IMG/VR virus record: IMGVR_UViG_3300008050_000022
Span: 1-64,000 of that record
Length of the DNA stretch: 64,000 nucleotides
Source of the DNA: a virus
Direction: 5' to 3' (one strand)
Below are positions 27,338 through 35,593 of the stretch, in pieces (within the stretch, counting starts at the first letter, position 1; every line of letters starts with the position of its first letter). Below the pieces are notes generated by a model. That model saw only the letters and a program-made list of their open reading frames with translations, was not told the DNA's origin and searched no databases. The position numbers and the translations under genes were made by a program.

Positions 27338-27448
27338 ATGCCGCTGATTTTCGGAGCCGGCGTCGCCCTCGGTCTCGTGCTCTATGCACGAGACCAGTGC
27401 TGGTTCGGCATGGCTCGAACCGCGAAGCACTTGAAGAAGGATGAGTGA
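27338..27448 (+). CDS. 36-aa membrane-anchored microprotein (not in ORF track)
   Basis: MPLIFGAGVALGLVLYARDQCWFGMARTAKHLKKDE; SD AGGAG; overlaps next ATG. Confidence 0.5.
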   Translation: MPLIFGAGVALGLVLYARDQCWFGMARTAKHLKKDE

Positions 27449-27800
27449 CGATCCCCGTCTAGCGTATTGCCCGCTCCTCGTCCTGGCTTCCGAGCCGGGG
27501 CGTAGGAGCGGGCGGTGCCCGGATCCCCGAGATTGCTCTTCTTGCATTTACTTCCAGGAGGTCCTTGGGGATCTGGGGGTACTGGAGGAGGTCCTCTGGA
27601 TCTGTCCTCGTTGCTTACCTACCGGTCGGCAAGCTAGCGGCTTCACGCTCCTGGGGCACTACTCAGAAGAAGAGTGCGCTGGGTGCGAGGGGATCAACAG
27701 TCTGTGCCAGGCCTGCGTAGAACCAGAGGCATTGTCCCAGAAACAGTGGAGGCACCTCGTAACCCACACAGCCTCGGAGATGTTCGAGAAGGAGGACTAG
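27441..27800 (+). CDS. Cys-rich hypothetical protein
   Basis: 119 aa with CSSC, CPRC, CAGC, CQAC. Confidence 0.6.
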   Translation: MSDDPRLAYCPLLVLASEPGRRSGRCPDPRDCSSCIYFQEVLGDLGVLEEVLWICPRCLPTGRQASGFTLLGHYSEEECAGCEGINSLCQACVEPEALSQKQWRHLVTHTASEMFEKED

Positions 27801-28141
27801 TGTACTGCGTCTACTGCCAGGAGGAGTTCACATGGGGAGAGGATGCGGTCGAAATCCGCCCAGGAAGGGTAGAGGTGAGCTCCCGAAGCCTGGGCCCTGC
27901 CTTCATCGCCGACGAGCCTGACGCAGAGCTCATCCATGTGGGCTGTATCGCCCACCACTTTCTACCCGATGAGGAAGGGGAGCTTCGAGAAGCTCTACGA
28001 GACGAGAAGATCGACGGAGTGGGGGAGCTGTTCCAGGAGTACCTGGACAAGGACGTCATCCCCCGTATCGAGGAGCCGGAAGCTCCGACACAGCCGGCAC
28101 CTAGAGGGGGGCGGAATCGCTTTCGCACACGTCGGAGGTAA
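27800..28141 (+). CDS. Zn-finger protein (CxxC...HxxC)
   Basis: GTG 27800 after SD GGAGG; YCVYC...IHVGC; Arg-rich tail. Confidence 0.6.
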   Translation: MYCVYCQEEFTWGEDAVEIRPGRVEVSSRSLGPAFIADEPDAELIHVGCIAHHFLPDEEGELREALRDEKIDGVGELFQEYLDKDVIPRIEEPEAPTQPAPRGGRNRFRTRRR

Positions 28142-28145
28142 CTGG

Positions 28146-28170
28146 TCGGCACACGGGCTCCGTGTGCCGA
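28146..28170. terminator. Hairpin between convergent genes
   Basis: TCGGCACACGG-GCT-CCGTGTGCCGA. Confidence 0.65.
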
Positions 28171-28243
28171 TCTACCTTCCCCTTCTGTTCTTATCTATCC
28201 CGTCCAGCATCTCCTGAAAGGAGTCAGCATTGCTCCTGTGGTA

Positions 28244-30235
28244 TCACACGATCGCCGAGCCTATGTCTCTCCTGGGCGGCTTCGCGCTCGGGAGAGGCGA
28301 CTGGTTCGGGTCCAAGGGGTCTCTCTTGCCTCCCTTGGACTGCATGATCTGAAGCACCAGGTTCAGGAAGTTGGGCTGCTCCATCTTCATCTTCTGCATC
28401 CACGCGTAGGCCGTCTTGGGGTCCTGCTTCAAGAGGTCGTCGAGCATCTTCGACACTCTCTTAGCTACGTACAACACGTTCATGCTCTGACCACCCGCTC
28501 CGCTAGCCTGGTTGATCGGAGACTGGGCCTCCTGCGGGACGCCCTCTGCTGGCGCCTGTCCTGCGTTCTCTGGGTTGATGCTGCCTCCCGAAGACGGAAG
28601 TGCTCCGGCTGCCTCAGGCGGCGGCTGGCGAGCCTCGGCGCCCGGTGTAGCCCCGCCCAGCATGTCCTGACTTGCGGCCTGCATGTACCGCTGTGAAACC
28701 TGCTGAGCCTCTGCCTGAGCAATGGCGGACGCAACCTGCATCCGTCGCTGATCGTCGGAAGTCCTCCTGCCCTCGCCACGCTTGAGCCTCTGCTCTGCTT
28801 CGTAGTTCTCTCCCAGCTCTCGGAGCAGGGTGTGATCAGAGACCTTGCCACCCTGGTTCATCTGGAAGTAGATCATCGTCCGCTGCAGGTCGTCGGCCAT
28901 CTTGAAGCGCTTGAACTTCTTATCGACCTTCGGCCAGCCCATGAAGGCGCCGATGCTGTCGAACACCCAGTTCGTCAGCCCCTGCGTCTCCGTGCGGTAG
29001 TTGATGAACTCGTTCTCGAGGTTCCGCATCGACACGTTGGTGCCGCTGTACGACATCCCGCCGAAGATGAACTCCTGTGGGGCATGCATGCCTGCGATGA
29101 TCTGCTCTGCCCAAACCCGATGCTCCTGGTGGAGCACCATGGCTCGGCCCTGCCCACCAATGACCTGGTGCCCCACGGGCATGGGGAGGATGGGCATGTA
29201 GTTGGGATCACGCCTCCACCGCTCGATCTCCTCTTCCATGGTGTTCTTCCACCCCTGGAGAGGCACCGTGGTGTAGGGATCAGAGGTGCCGGACCCGGCC
29301 TGCGGGAAGAGGACTCTCAGGGGCACGATATGCTCCCTGGCGATCATCTCCTGGCCCTTCTTGAGCACCTGCAGGTAGTACGAGTCCTTGAGCACTGGGA
29401 GGATGCGAGGCATCCCCCACCCCTGGTCCTTACCCGCTAGAGTCGGACGCTTGAGGTGGAACACCTGTCCAGGCGAGAACTTGAGGGCCAGCTTCTTCTT
29501 GGCGGCCTTCAAGAAGATCGAGGGGATCCTCTCGATGACGTGCGGCTTGCCTACCAGTAGCTGCCCTCGAGTACGAGCACTCATCTGATAGAAGTACTGG
29601 GTGTCTCCGGTCTCCTCGTTGTACTGGATGGAGATCCTCTCCGGATCCCACCGGATCAACCGGATCTGGTGAGGGGAGCGGAGAGCGATGTCCTTTTGCT
29701 TAGCCTTCCCTCGAGAGTTGCACTTCGGGCACTTGAGCACGAAGCCCATGTCCCGCCACTGGTAGAACTTCCTCAGCTGCTTGACGGGCTCACTGTGCTT
29801 GCAGTTGCCGCAGATCAGGTACTTGACGAAGGGGTAGTGGATCGAGACGAAGGCGTTGCCGTAGCACTGGTAGTCCAGCCCCGCCTCTACAAGGAACTGG
29901 CGGTACCCCAGGATGTCATCCTTGAGGTGAGCGTACTTGTCCTCTACTGCCGCGTGCTCGCTGGTGAACACCAGGTCGGTGATCGGGTACGACGCCATCT
30001 TGTAGCAGACGGCGTTCACCAGGGGATTCGTGAGGAAGTAGTACCGGCAGTACTTGAAGAGCTTCTTCATCGTGGCGGGCAAGTACGTATGCGCGCCGTC
30101 GAAGAAGGGGTTGGGGTAGGCCACGCCTCCCCGACCACTGGTGTTCATCCGGAGATCGCCGAAGCCCCCAGACCCCCCAGAGCCTAGACCATCGGTGATC
30201 CCTCCCGGGAAACTGCCGAAGTCGAAACCGGCCAT
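28244..30235 (-). CDS. Portal protein with a Zn-ribbon insertion
   Basis: YFLTNPLV..., DYQCYGNAF, FHLKRP..GWGMP motifs; Q/P-rich C-terminal tail; CGNC...CPKC insert. Confidence 0.75.
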   Translation of the reverse strand: MAGFDFGSFPGGITDGLGSGGSGGFGDLRMNTSGRGGVAYPNPFFDGAHTYLPATMKKLFKYCRYYFLTNPLVNAVCYKMASYPITDLVFTSEHAAVEDKYAHLKDDILGYRQFLVEAGLDYQCYGNAFVSIHYPFVKYLICGNCKHSEPVKQLRKFYQWRDMGFVLKCPKCNSRGKAKQKDIALRSPHQIRLIRWDPERISIQYNEETGDTQYFYQMSARTRGQLLVGKPHVIERIPSIFLKAAKKKLALKFSPGQVFHLKRPTLAGKDQGWGMPRILPVLKDSYYLQVLKKGQEMIAREHIVPLRVLFPQAGSGTSDPYTTVPLQGWKNTMEEEIERWRRDPNYMPILPMPVGHQVIGGQGRAMVLHQEHRVWAEQIIAGMHAPQEFIFGGMSYSGTNVSMRNLENEFINYRTETQGLTNWVFDSIGAFMGWPKVDKKFKRFKMADDLQRTMIYFQMNQGGKVSDHTLLRELGENYEAEQRLKRGEGRRTSDDQRRMQVASAIAQAEAQQVSQRYMQAASQDMLGGATPGAEARQPPPEAAGALPSSGGSINPENAGQAPAEGVPQEAQSPINQASGAGGQSMNVLYVAKRVSKMLDDLLKQDPKTAYAWMQKMKMEQPNFLNLVLQIMQSKGGKRDPLDPNQSPLPSAKPPRRDIGSAIV

Positions 30236-30961
30236 CTAGTGCTCGTCTCGGTAGTAGGCCTGCCTGAACGCCATCTTGGCCGTAGCGGCAGCCGGACGAG
30301 GACGCCCTGTGATCAGGCGGCCCGCCCCATCAACTACCTTGCCGACTCCGCCGCCAACTGCGCCTAGTGCTGCTCCAGATACCATGGACGAGATCATGCC
30401 TCCCCGCATACCTCCGATGAATCCCGCACCGCTGCCAATGGCCTTGCCCCACCGCTCCGCTCTACCAGCGTTGGGCTGTGTGGGATCGGGCCCCTTCTTA
30501 GCGGCACCGTGAAGACCAAGTCCCGTGAAGCCTGCGGTCAGGGCCTTGGTGCCCGCGCCTGCCCCCACTTCCACGGGTACGCCGCCCACCATCTTGCCGT
30601 TCACCATCTTGCCGCCGACCATCTTGTACTGACCCGCCGACTGCCAGCCCTTTCGGAGCTCTCTGCCTCCGGTACGCGGATCCAGGGTCCTGCCGGCGCT
30701 GCGGAGACCTTGACCAACTCGATGAAGCGCTCCACCGGGAGTCCACCATCTGCCACCGTGCTGCAAGAGCTCCTTGCCGGGACCTTCAGCAGCTCGCAGG
30801 AACTGACCTGCCTCGTCAGTACCCTTTGCTCCGACCGTCCACCCCTTGTCCAGCATCCGGCGGGTCGTGCCCGTAGCTCTATTGATCGCGGACCACAGCC
30901 GAGCCTCCTTCTGGAGCTCGAATGCTTCTGCCGAGAACGCTTCGTAGACGAGAGGGTTCAC
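30236..30961 (-). CDS. Glycine-zipper virion protein with ELQKEA leader
   Basis: MNPLVYEAFSAEAFELQKEAR; GSGAGFIGG..GAALGAVGGGVG; C-terminal KMAF. Confidence 0.6.
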   Translation of the reverse strand: MNPLVYEAFSAEAFELQKEARLWSAINRATGTTRRMLDKGWTVGAKGTDEAGQFLRAAEGPGKELLQHGGRWWTPGGALHRVGQGLRSAGRTLDPRTGGRELRKGWQSAGQYKMVGGKMVNGKMVGGVPVEVGAGAGTKALTAGFTGLGLHGAAKKGPDPTQPNAGRAERWGKAIGSGAGFIGGMRGGMISSMVSGAALGAVGGGVGKVVDGAGRLITGRPRPAAATAKMAFRQAYYRDEH

Positions 30962-31836
30962 AACTTCTTCCCTAGCAGACCTTCGAGAGCGGTCACCTGC
31001 TGGTGAAGCAGTGCCTGACGGTGCTCCATATGCCCTTCAGCAACCAGGAGCTTGGCACATACTACATCCTCTGGAACATCGTCTTGCAGCATGTAGTCCC
31101 CTTCGGGATCCTGCTTGATCCTCTTCCACGGAGTCTCCACAGAGCGAGGATCGTTCTTCAGCTCGTACTTCAGGTTCCTCCCGACCGAGTCAGGCACCCC
31201 CTTGGCCGGCTTCATGTTCATGGCGTTGCCGTCAGAGTCTGGAGAGAATCTGCCTACGCAGACATCGCATCTCCCGTCTCGCAGGTCTACCTCATCCTGA
31301 TTGCCGCAGTCCCTGCACTCGTAGTGCGGTCGAGCAGCATGACCTTGGGCGAAGTCTAAAGGCTTCGGCAAGAACCAAACACCTTGCTCCAAGCACGCAG
31401 CAGCTACGAACCGAGAGATCTCCTCAGAGAACTCCTCCTCCCGGATCGTAGACACGATGTCCAGCCCCGCCATCAGCTGAGCCACCGAGGGCTTCTGCAG
31501 CGTGTCGAACACTGGCACGTTGTTGTTCAACGCCTGCATGATCGGGCAGAAGATCTGCCACTCTTCCCAGAAGCCGTTGCTCAGCAGGAGGGTACGGATC
31601 GCCTGGATCTTGTTTCTGTTCAGCCCGCTGACCGTCACCTTGGTAGGCCGACCTCTAGCGCTGAACCGCCGACTGAAGTCATCCTCGATCTCGTACCACA
31701 GCACGTCCGCTTCCCACTCGAGCCACTCCACGTCGTACTCCTTGAACAGGAGCGTGGCTAGCACGACAGGGTGTGCGTCGTGGTGTCCGAAGATCAGGCT
31801 GGGAGAGAACCCGATCTTTTCGGCGGCTTCGGCCAT
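30958..31836 (-). CDS. Hypothetical protein with a Zn ribbon
   Basis: 292 aa; CRDC...CDVC; in the portal operon. Confidence 0.65.
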   Translation of the reverse strand: MAEAAEKIGFSPSLIFGHHDAHPVVLATLLFKEYDVEWLEWEADVLWYEIEDDFSRRFSARGRPTKVTVSGLNRNKIQAIRTLLLSNGFWEEWQIFCPIMQALNNNVPVFDTLQKPSVAQLMAGLDIVSTIREEEFSEEISRFVAAACLEQGVWFLPKPLDFAQGHAARPHYECRDCGNQDEVDLRDGRCDVCVGRFSPDSDGNAMNMKPAKGVPDSVGRNLKYELKNDPRSVETPWKRIKQDPEGDYMLQDDVPEDVVCAKLLVAEGHMEHRQALLHQQVTALEGLLGKKL

Positions 31837-31839
31837 GGG

Positions 31840-34659
31840 TTATGCCGAGATTCGAGAGATGACGTGCTTCACATCCGAGGGCAAGGACTCGAACACTGCT
31901 ACCGGAGCCTTGGCGAACTCGTAGAAGCCGTCGTCTCCCAGGGCAGTGGTCAGCGGAATCCGCTTCTCCTTGCTGGCTGCTACCAGCTGATCTCCGGTCA
32001 CCGTGTCGGGACCTTCTGACCACCGGAAGTCTTCGGAGGCAGACTTCGTGAGGATCGCAGCGTAGGGATCTACTACGTGAGTGTCCCACTTCTGGCTGAT
32101 GCCGTAGTGCTCATCGACCTGGGTGAGCGCATCCGCGAGGTAGTCCGGGTCGGCGGTCGGGATCTCCTCGGCCAGCTTGATCAGCACCTCACGACCGTAG
32201 TCGTCCACGTACTTGGCTCGAGCGTTCAGGTGCAGCACAGCTTCCGTAGAGACAGCGTCACCGGCGTACTTCGCGAGGTTCTCGGAGGTCGGGTAGACCC
32301 CGTGAGCCAGGGCGGCCTTGACCAGGTTGGTCGCGTACGTTCGTCGATCAGAGGGATGGAGCCTCTGCCAGTGCTCGTCGAAGAAAGCCTCTGCCTGCTT
32401 GATCTGCTCCGGGTTCTCTACCGGGTAGTCTCCTCGTAGAAGGGTAGACGGGGCCGCGGTCTTCGGCCTGTTGAAGAGCTTCTGCTGCAACATGCCGCTA
32501 CCTGCCCCTAGAGCGGTGGTGCCTGCCGCCACAGCGCCGAGTCGACCGCCCTTCATCTTGCCGAGCAGACCGGTGTGCTTGGCGATTCCCGCCGCGCCCA
32601 GTCCTCCAGCCGCACCTGCTGCACCAGCTTCGCCAGGAGTCCATCCACGATAGCTGAGCAAGCTCCGCTTTCGACCTTGTGGAGCAGTGGTACTGGTGTT
32701 GGTGCCTGTCAGAGAGAAACCAGCGGCAGTCTTCTGGTTCTCTCGAGCCTGCTCAGCCTTGCGCTGTCGGTGCATCACGTAGGCACCTCCTGCCGCCAGG
32801 GCTCCGGCGGCCGCCAGGGCTCCGCCAGTCGCTCGTGGGGAGGAAGATCTCGGGATCGGTCGAGACTTCGGGGAGTCCAACCGGGCCTTGATCTTCGGGG
32901 TCTTGAAGAAGAGCTTGGATCTCTTCCTGGGAGCAGGAGGGGAAGAGGGGGCGCGTCTATCCGCTCTCGCGACTCTATCTATGTGCCTCGAGTCCTTCGC
33001 TCCCCCTGGCCGCAAGTAGTCTGCCGTGGCCGACGGGTCCATCAGCCCCCGAAACTTGAGCTCCTGGCGAAGTCTACGACCCTTGGACTTGTCGATGTCC
33101 TTGTTGATGAGCCTGGCACCCTCGCGGACATGACGGTTTTCGGAATTTCTCGAGATGTCGAAGAAGGACTTCTCCGCATTCTCCAGTCCCTTGCGCCTCT
33201 CTCGAGCCTTGTCGGCTGCCCTGGCCTTGAGCTCCTTGCTCAAGGCTTCCTTCGTCTGGCCGGCTTCAAGCCGCTTGATCCTCTGAACCATGGCAGCTCT
33301 CTGAGAGTGATCGGTGCCGAGCTGGTAGCCCTGCCGACGCCCACTCCAGTAGCCCTTTTGGCTACCCGAGCCGAATCCTGCGGAGAAGCCTTCAGCCTTC
33401 CCCTTCTTCTTGCCCCGCTTGTGGCCCAGCACAGCTCCGCCCATAGCGGTAGCGGCGGCGATGCCAGCGGTGGTCTTGGCACCTGCCTGCTTCCTCATAT
33501 CCTTGTTGAGCGACAAGAGGGCCTGAGCCTTGTTGACTCCAGGCTGAAGACTGACGTGGCCTACCTGCTTGAACGTACTGGGGTTCTGGAGAGCCTGCAC
33601 CGCCTGAGACTTCGACAAGGCCCTACCACCTAGCTCGAAGAACTCATTCTTGTTGTGGTACTCCTTGACCAGGGATCTCGCACCTGCCGCAGACTCAGGC
33701 CTCTTGTTACCTTTGAGGGCAGTGGACCAGTTGTATCCCTCCATAGAAGCCGACGCCCGCTTTCTACGTCCCATCATGTAGCCAGTACCTGCGACCCCTG
33801 CCTGCTTCGGCCGACCGAGCATCCTCTTGGCGCCGTAGGCACCCGCACCTAGGGCAGCAGCACCTCCAGCAGTAGCTGCACCGGCAGCGGCAAGGTTCGT
33901 TCCTGGGGCGTACTTCGCGTTCCTGGAGACATTGCCAACTGCCTTGGCCCAGTTTTGAGGGGCGGTACGGGTGACGTCCCTCTTCGCCAGCAAGTTCTTA
34001 CTCCTCGCCACACCCCTGCCAGCCTCCTGTAGACCCGCTCCGCTGGCTCTAGCGAACTGCCCGGCTGCTCCGCCCATGGCCTTGGCACCAGCTGCCATCT
34101 GACCGCCCCAACCTGCTCCCCCTTGGCCCGCTGCCGTAGCGGCTTGCCGCCCTGCCTGATAGGAGCCCTTGGCGGCCCGTCCCAGCATCTTGAAGCCTTC
34201 TCCGGCGGCTCGGAAGAACGCCTTCTTCTCGGCGCTAAGATCGGTGATGTCCACCACCGGAGTATCTCCGAAGTAGACGAGCTCTCCCTCACCGTGGAGA
34301 GACTCGTTCAGGGCAGACGCCACCTTCTCGACGAGCTCCATCGGGGGAGGCGTACTCGTGCCCTCGAGGACGTGCATCAGATTCGTGCCCGCCAGGACAG
34401 CCGCCGTCTTCGGCATGCGGTCCCAGGAGCCGAGCAGACACATCGTGTTGAGCCAGGCGGTCCCAGGACTCATACAGGCGAACTTCCTGAACCTCTCACT
34501 GCCATCGACCATGATGAGGGCGAAGTCCTCGTCGGGGTAGTTGTCCAGCTCGTCTTCCGACGGGAAGTGGCTGCTCCCGACCTCATCGGGAACGCCGATG
34601 CCGGCCTCCTTGACGAGGCCAGGTCCGAAGTCGTGAAGATCCAGGTACGTACGGTGCAT
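31840..34659 (-). CDS. Virion polyprotein-like protein with an array of KxA-delimited cassettes
   Basis: 939 aa; acidic globular termini flank about 590 aa of basic Gly/Ala modules separated by KKA, KQA, KRA, KEA, KTA; SD AAGGAG. Confidence 0.7.
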   Translation of the reverse strand: MHRTYLDLHDFGPGLVKEAGIGVPDEVGSSHFPSEDELDNYPDEDFALIMVDGSERFRKFACMSPGTAWLNTMCLLGSWDRMPKTAAVLAGTNLMHVLEGTSTPPPMELVEKVASALNESLHGEGELVYFGDTPVVDITDLSAEKKAFFRAAGEGFKMLGRAAKGSYQAGRQAATAAGQGGAGWGGQMAAGAKAMGGAAGQFARASGAGLQEAGRGVARSKNLLAKRDVTRTAPQNWAKAVGNVSRNAKYAPGTNLAAAGAATAGGAAALGAGAYGAKRMLGRPKQAGVAGTGYMMGRRKRASASMEGYNWSTALKGNKRPESAAGARSLVKEYHNKNEFFELGGRALSKSQAVQALQNPSTFKQVGHVSLQPGVNKAQALLSLNKDMRKQAGAKTTAGIAAATAMGGAVLGHKRGKKKGKAEGFSAGFGSGSQKGYWSGRRQGYQLGTDHSQRAAMVQRIKRLEAGQTKEALSKELKARAADKARERRKGLENAEKSFFDISRNSENRHVREGARLINKDIDKSKGRRLRQELKFRGLMDPSATADYLRPGGAKDSRHIDRVARADRRAPSSPPAPRKRSKLFFKTPKIKARLDSPKSRPIPRSSSPRATGGALAAAGALAAGGAYVMHRQRKAEQARENQKTAAGFSLTGTNTSTTAPQGRKRSLLSYRGWTPGEAGAAGAAGGLGAAGIAKHTGLLGKMKGGRLGAVAAGTTALGAGSGMLQQKLFNRPKTAAPSTLLRGDYPVENPEQIKQAEAFFDEHWQRLHPSDRRTYATNLVKAALAHGVYPTSENLAKYAGDAVSTEAVLHLNARAKYVDDYGREVLIKLAEEIPTADPDYLADALTQVDEHYGISQKWDTHVVDPYAAILTKSASEDFRWSEGPDTVTGDQLVAASKEKRIPLTTALGDDGFYEFAKAPVAVFESLPSDVKHVISRISA

Positions 34660-34681
34660 TTGAGCTCCTTGGGACGGCTCG

Positions 34682-34711
34682 ATGATGCCGCTAGGGCGGC
34701 AAGAACGTCAA
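34682..34711 (-). promoter_or_regulatory. Sigma70-like promoter for the portal operon
   Basis: Minus strand TTGACG-N18-CATCAT; GGCATCATCG resembles GGCACGATCG upstream of terminase. Confidence 0.45.
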
Positions 34712-34731
34712 TGCAAGAACCCGTAGCAGGT

Positions 34732-34742
34732 CGGCATAAGAC
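34732..34742 (+). promoter_or_regulatory. CGGCATAAGAC putative phage-RNAP promoter of the replication operon
   Basis: Identical 11-mer at 46387-46397 upstream of recA. Confidence 0.55.
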
Positions 34743-34770
34743 AGGTAATGGAGATTACTTAGGAGGTTCC

Positions 34771-35154
34771 ATGTCCGACATTCCCCGACTACGTAGAGTA
34801 CCAACCTGTTTCGGAGATGCCGAGGCTTACGACCCTGATCACAAGGAGTGTAAAGCCTGCGACGTCAGAGTGCGCTGCAAAGTGCGAGTCCGAAACGCAT
34901 CAAAGTTGAAGAAAGGCAAATCGTCGTCATCCTCGAACTCCGTGGCCGTTAGATCACGGAACAAGGTGTCCAAGCACGATGATGACGATGCGGCTGAGTT
35001 CCGCACAGCAAAGACCCGTACCAAGGGCTGGTGGGGCGCACTGAGCCACAACGCGTTCATCAGGATGTCTTCTACATTCCTGAGAGAAGCCGCGTTCGGA
35101 GTAGAGCAGATCCCTCTCGAACCTTACTCGGACGAGGAGCTAGAAGATGACTGA
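34771..35154 (+). CDS. Cys-motif protein (CFG...ECxxC...C)
   Basis: ATG 34771 after AGGAGG; MSDIPRLRRVPTCFGDAEAYDPDHKECKACDVRVRC. Confidence 0.7.
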   Translation: MSDIPRLRRVPTCFGDAEAYDPDHKECKACDVRVRCKVRVRNASKLKKGKSSSSSNSVAVRSRNKVSKHDDDDAAEFRTAKTRTKGWWGALSHNAFIRMSSTFLREAAFGVEQIPLEPYSDEELEDD

Positions 35155-35593
35155 TGTCGGAGCCATGATCCGCACGCACCGCAAGCGGATGTTCAAATAC
35201 CGCAGCGATGCAGCCAAGCTGATCATGATCGACAGGGGCGGAGGAATCCGTACCCACATGAGTAGAGAAGGTCTCCGCAAGCTGGAGGAGAACCTCAACC
35301 TTCCCAGCGCAGAAGTCCTCAACGAGATCATCTCCAAGTGGGGGCTGGACTTGGCAGAGGCGGAGAATCTGAGGAGAGCAGTTCACGTACAACACCAGCG
35401 TCGGGCTGGATACGAGGAACCGACCACAATCAACCCGTTGGGGAACGACATCGAATCCCTGATCAACACGACCATAGGAGCCATCGTGCGAGACGTATCA
35501 GTAGTGCTCGAGAGTAGGGGGGTGGACGTCAAGGAGATCTCGCAAGACCTGTTCGAGATCGTAGAAGTCCACATCAAGTCCAGCTTCAGATGA
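35147..35593 (+). CDS. XRE/Cro-like HTH protein
   Basis: VGAMIRTHR...MSREGLRKLEENLNLPSAEVLNEI pattern. Confidence 0.55.
   Translation: MTDVGAMIRTHRKRMFKYRSDAAKLIMIDRGGGIRTHMSREGLRKLEENLNLPSAEVLNEIISKWGLDLAEAENLRRAVHVQHQRRAGYEEPTTINPLGNDIESLINTTIGAIVRDVSVVLESRGVDVKEISQDLFEIVEVHIKSSFR

Noticed and set aside
34123-34770. N-terminal extension of the 343-aa track ORF
   Set aside because: Overlaps the 939-aa minus gene and the promoter gap; the real start is ATG 34771 with AGGAGG
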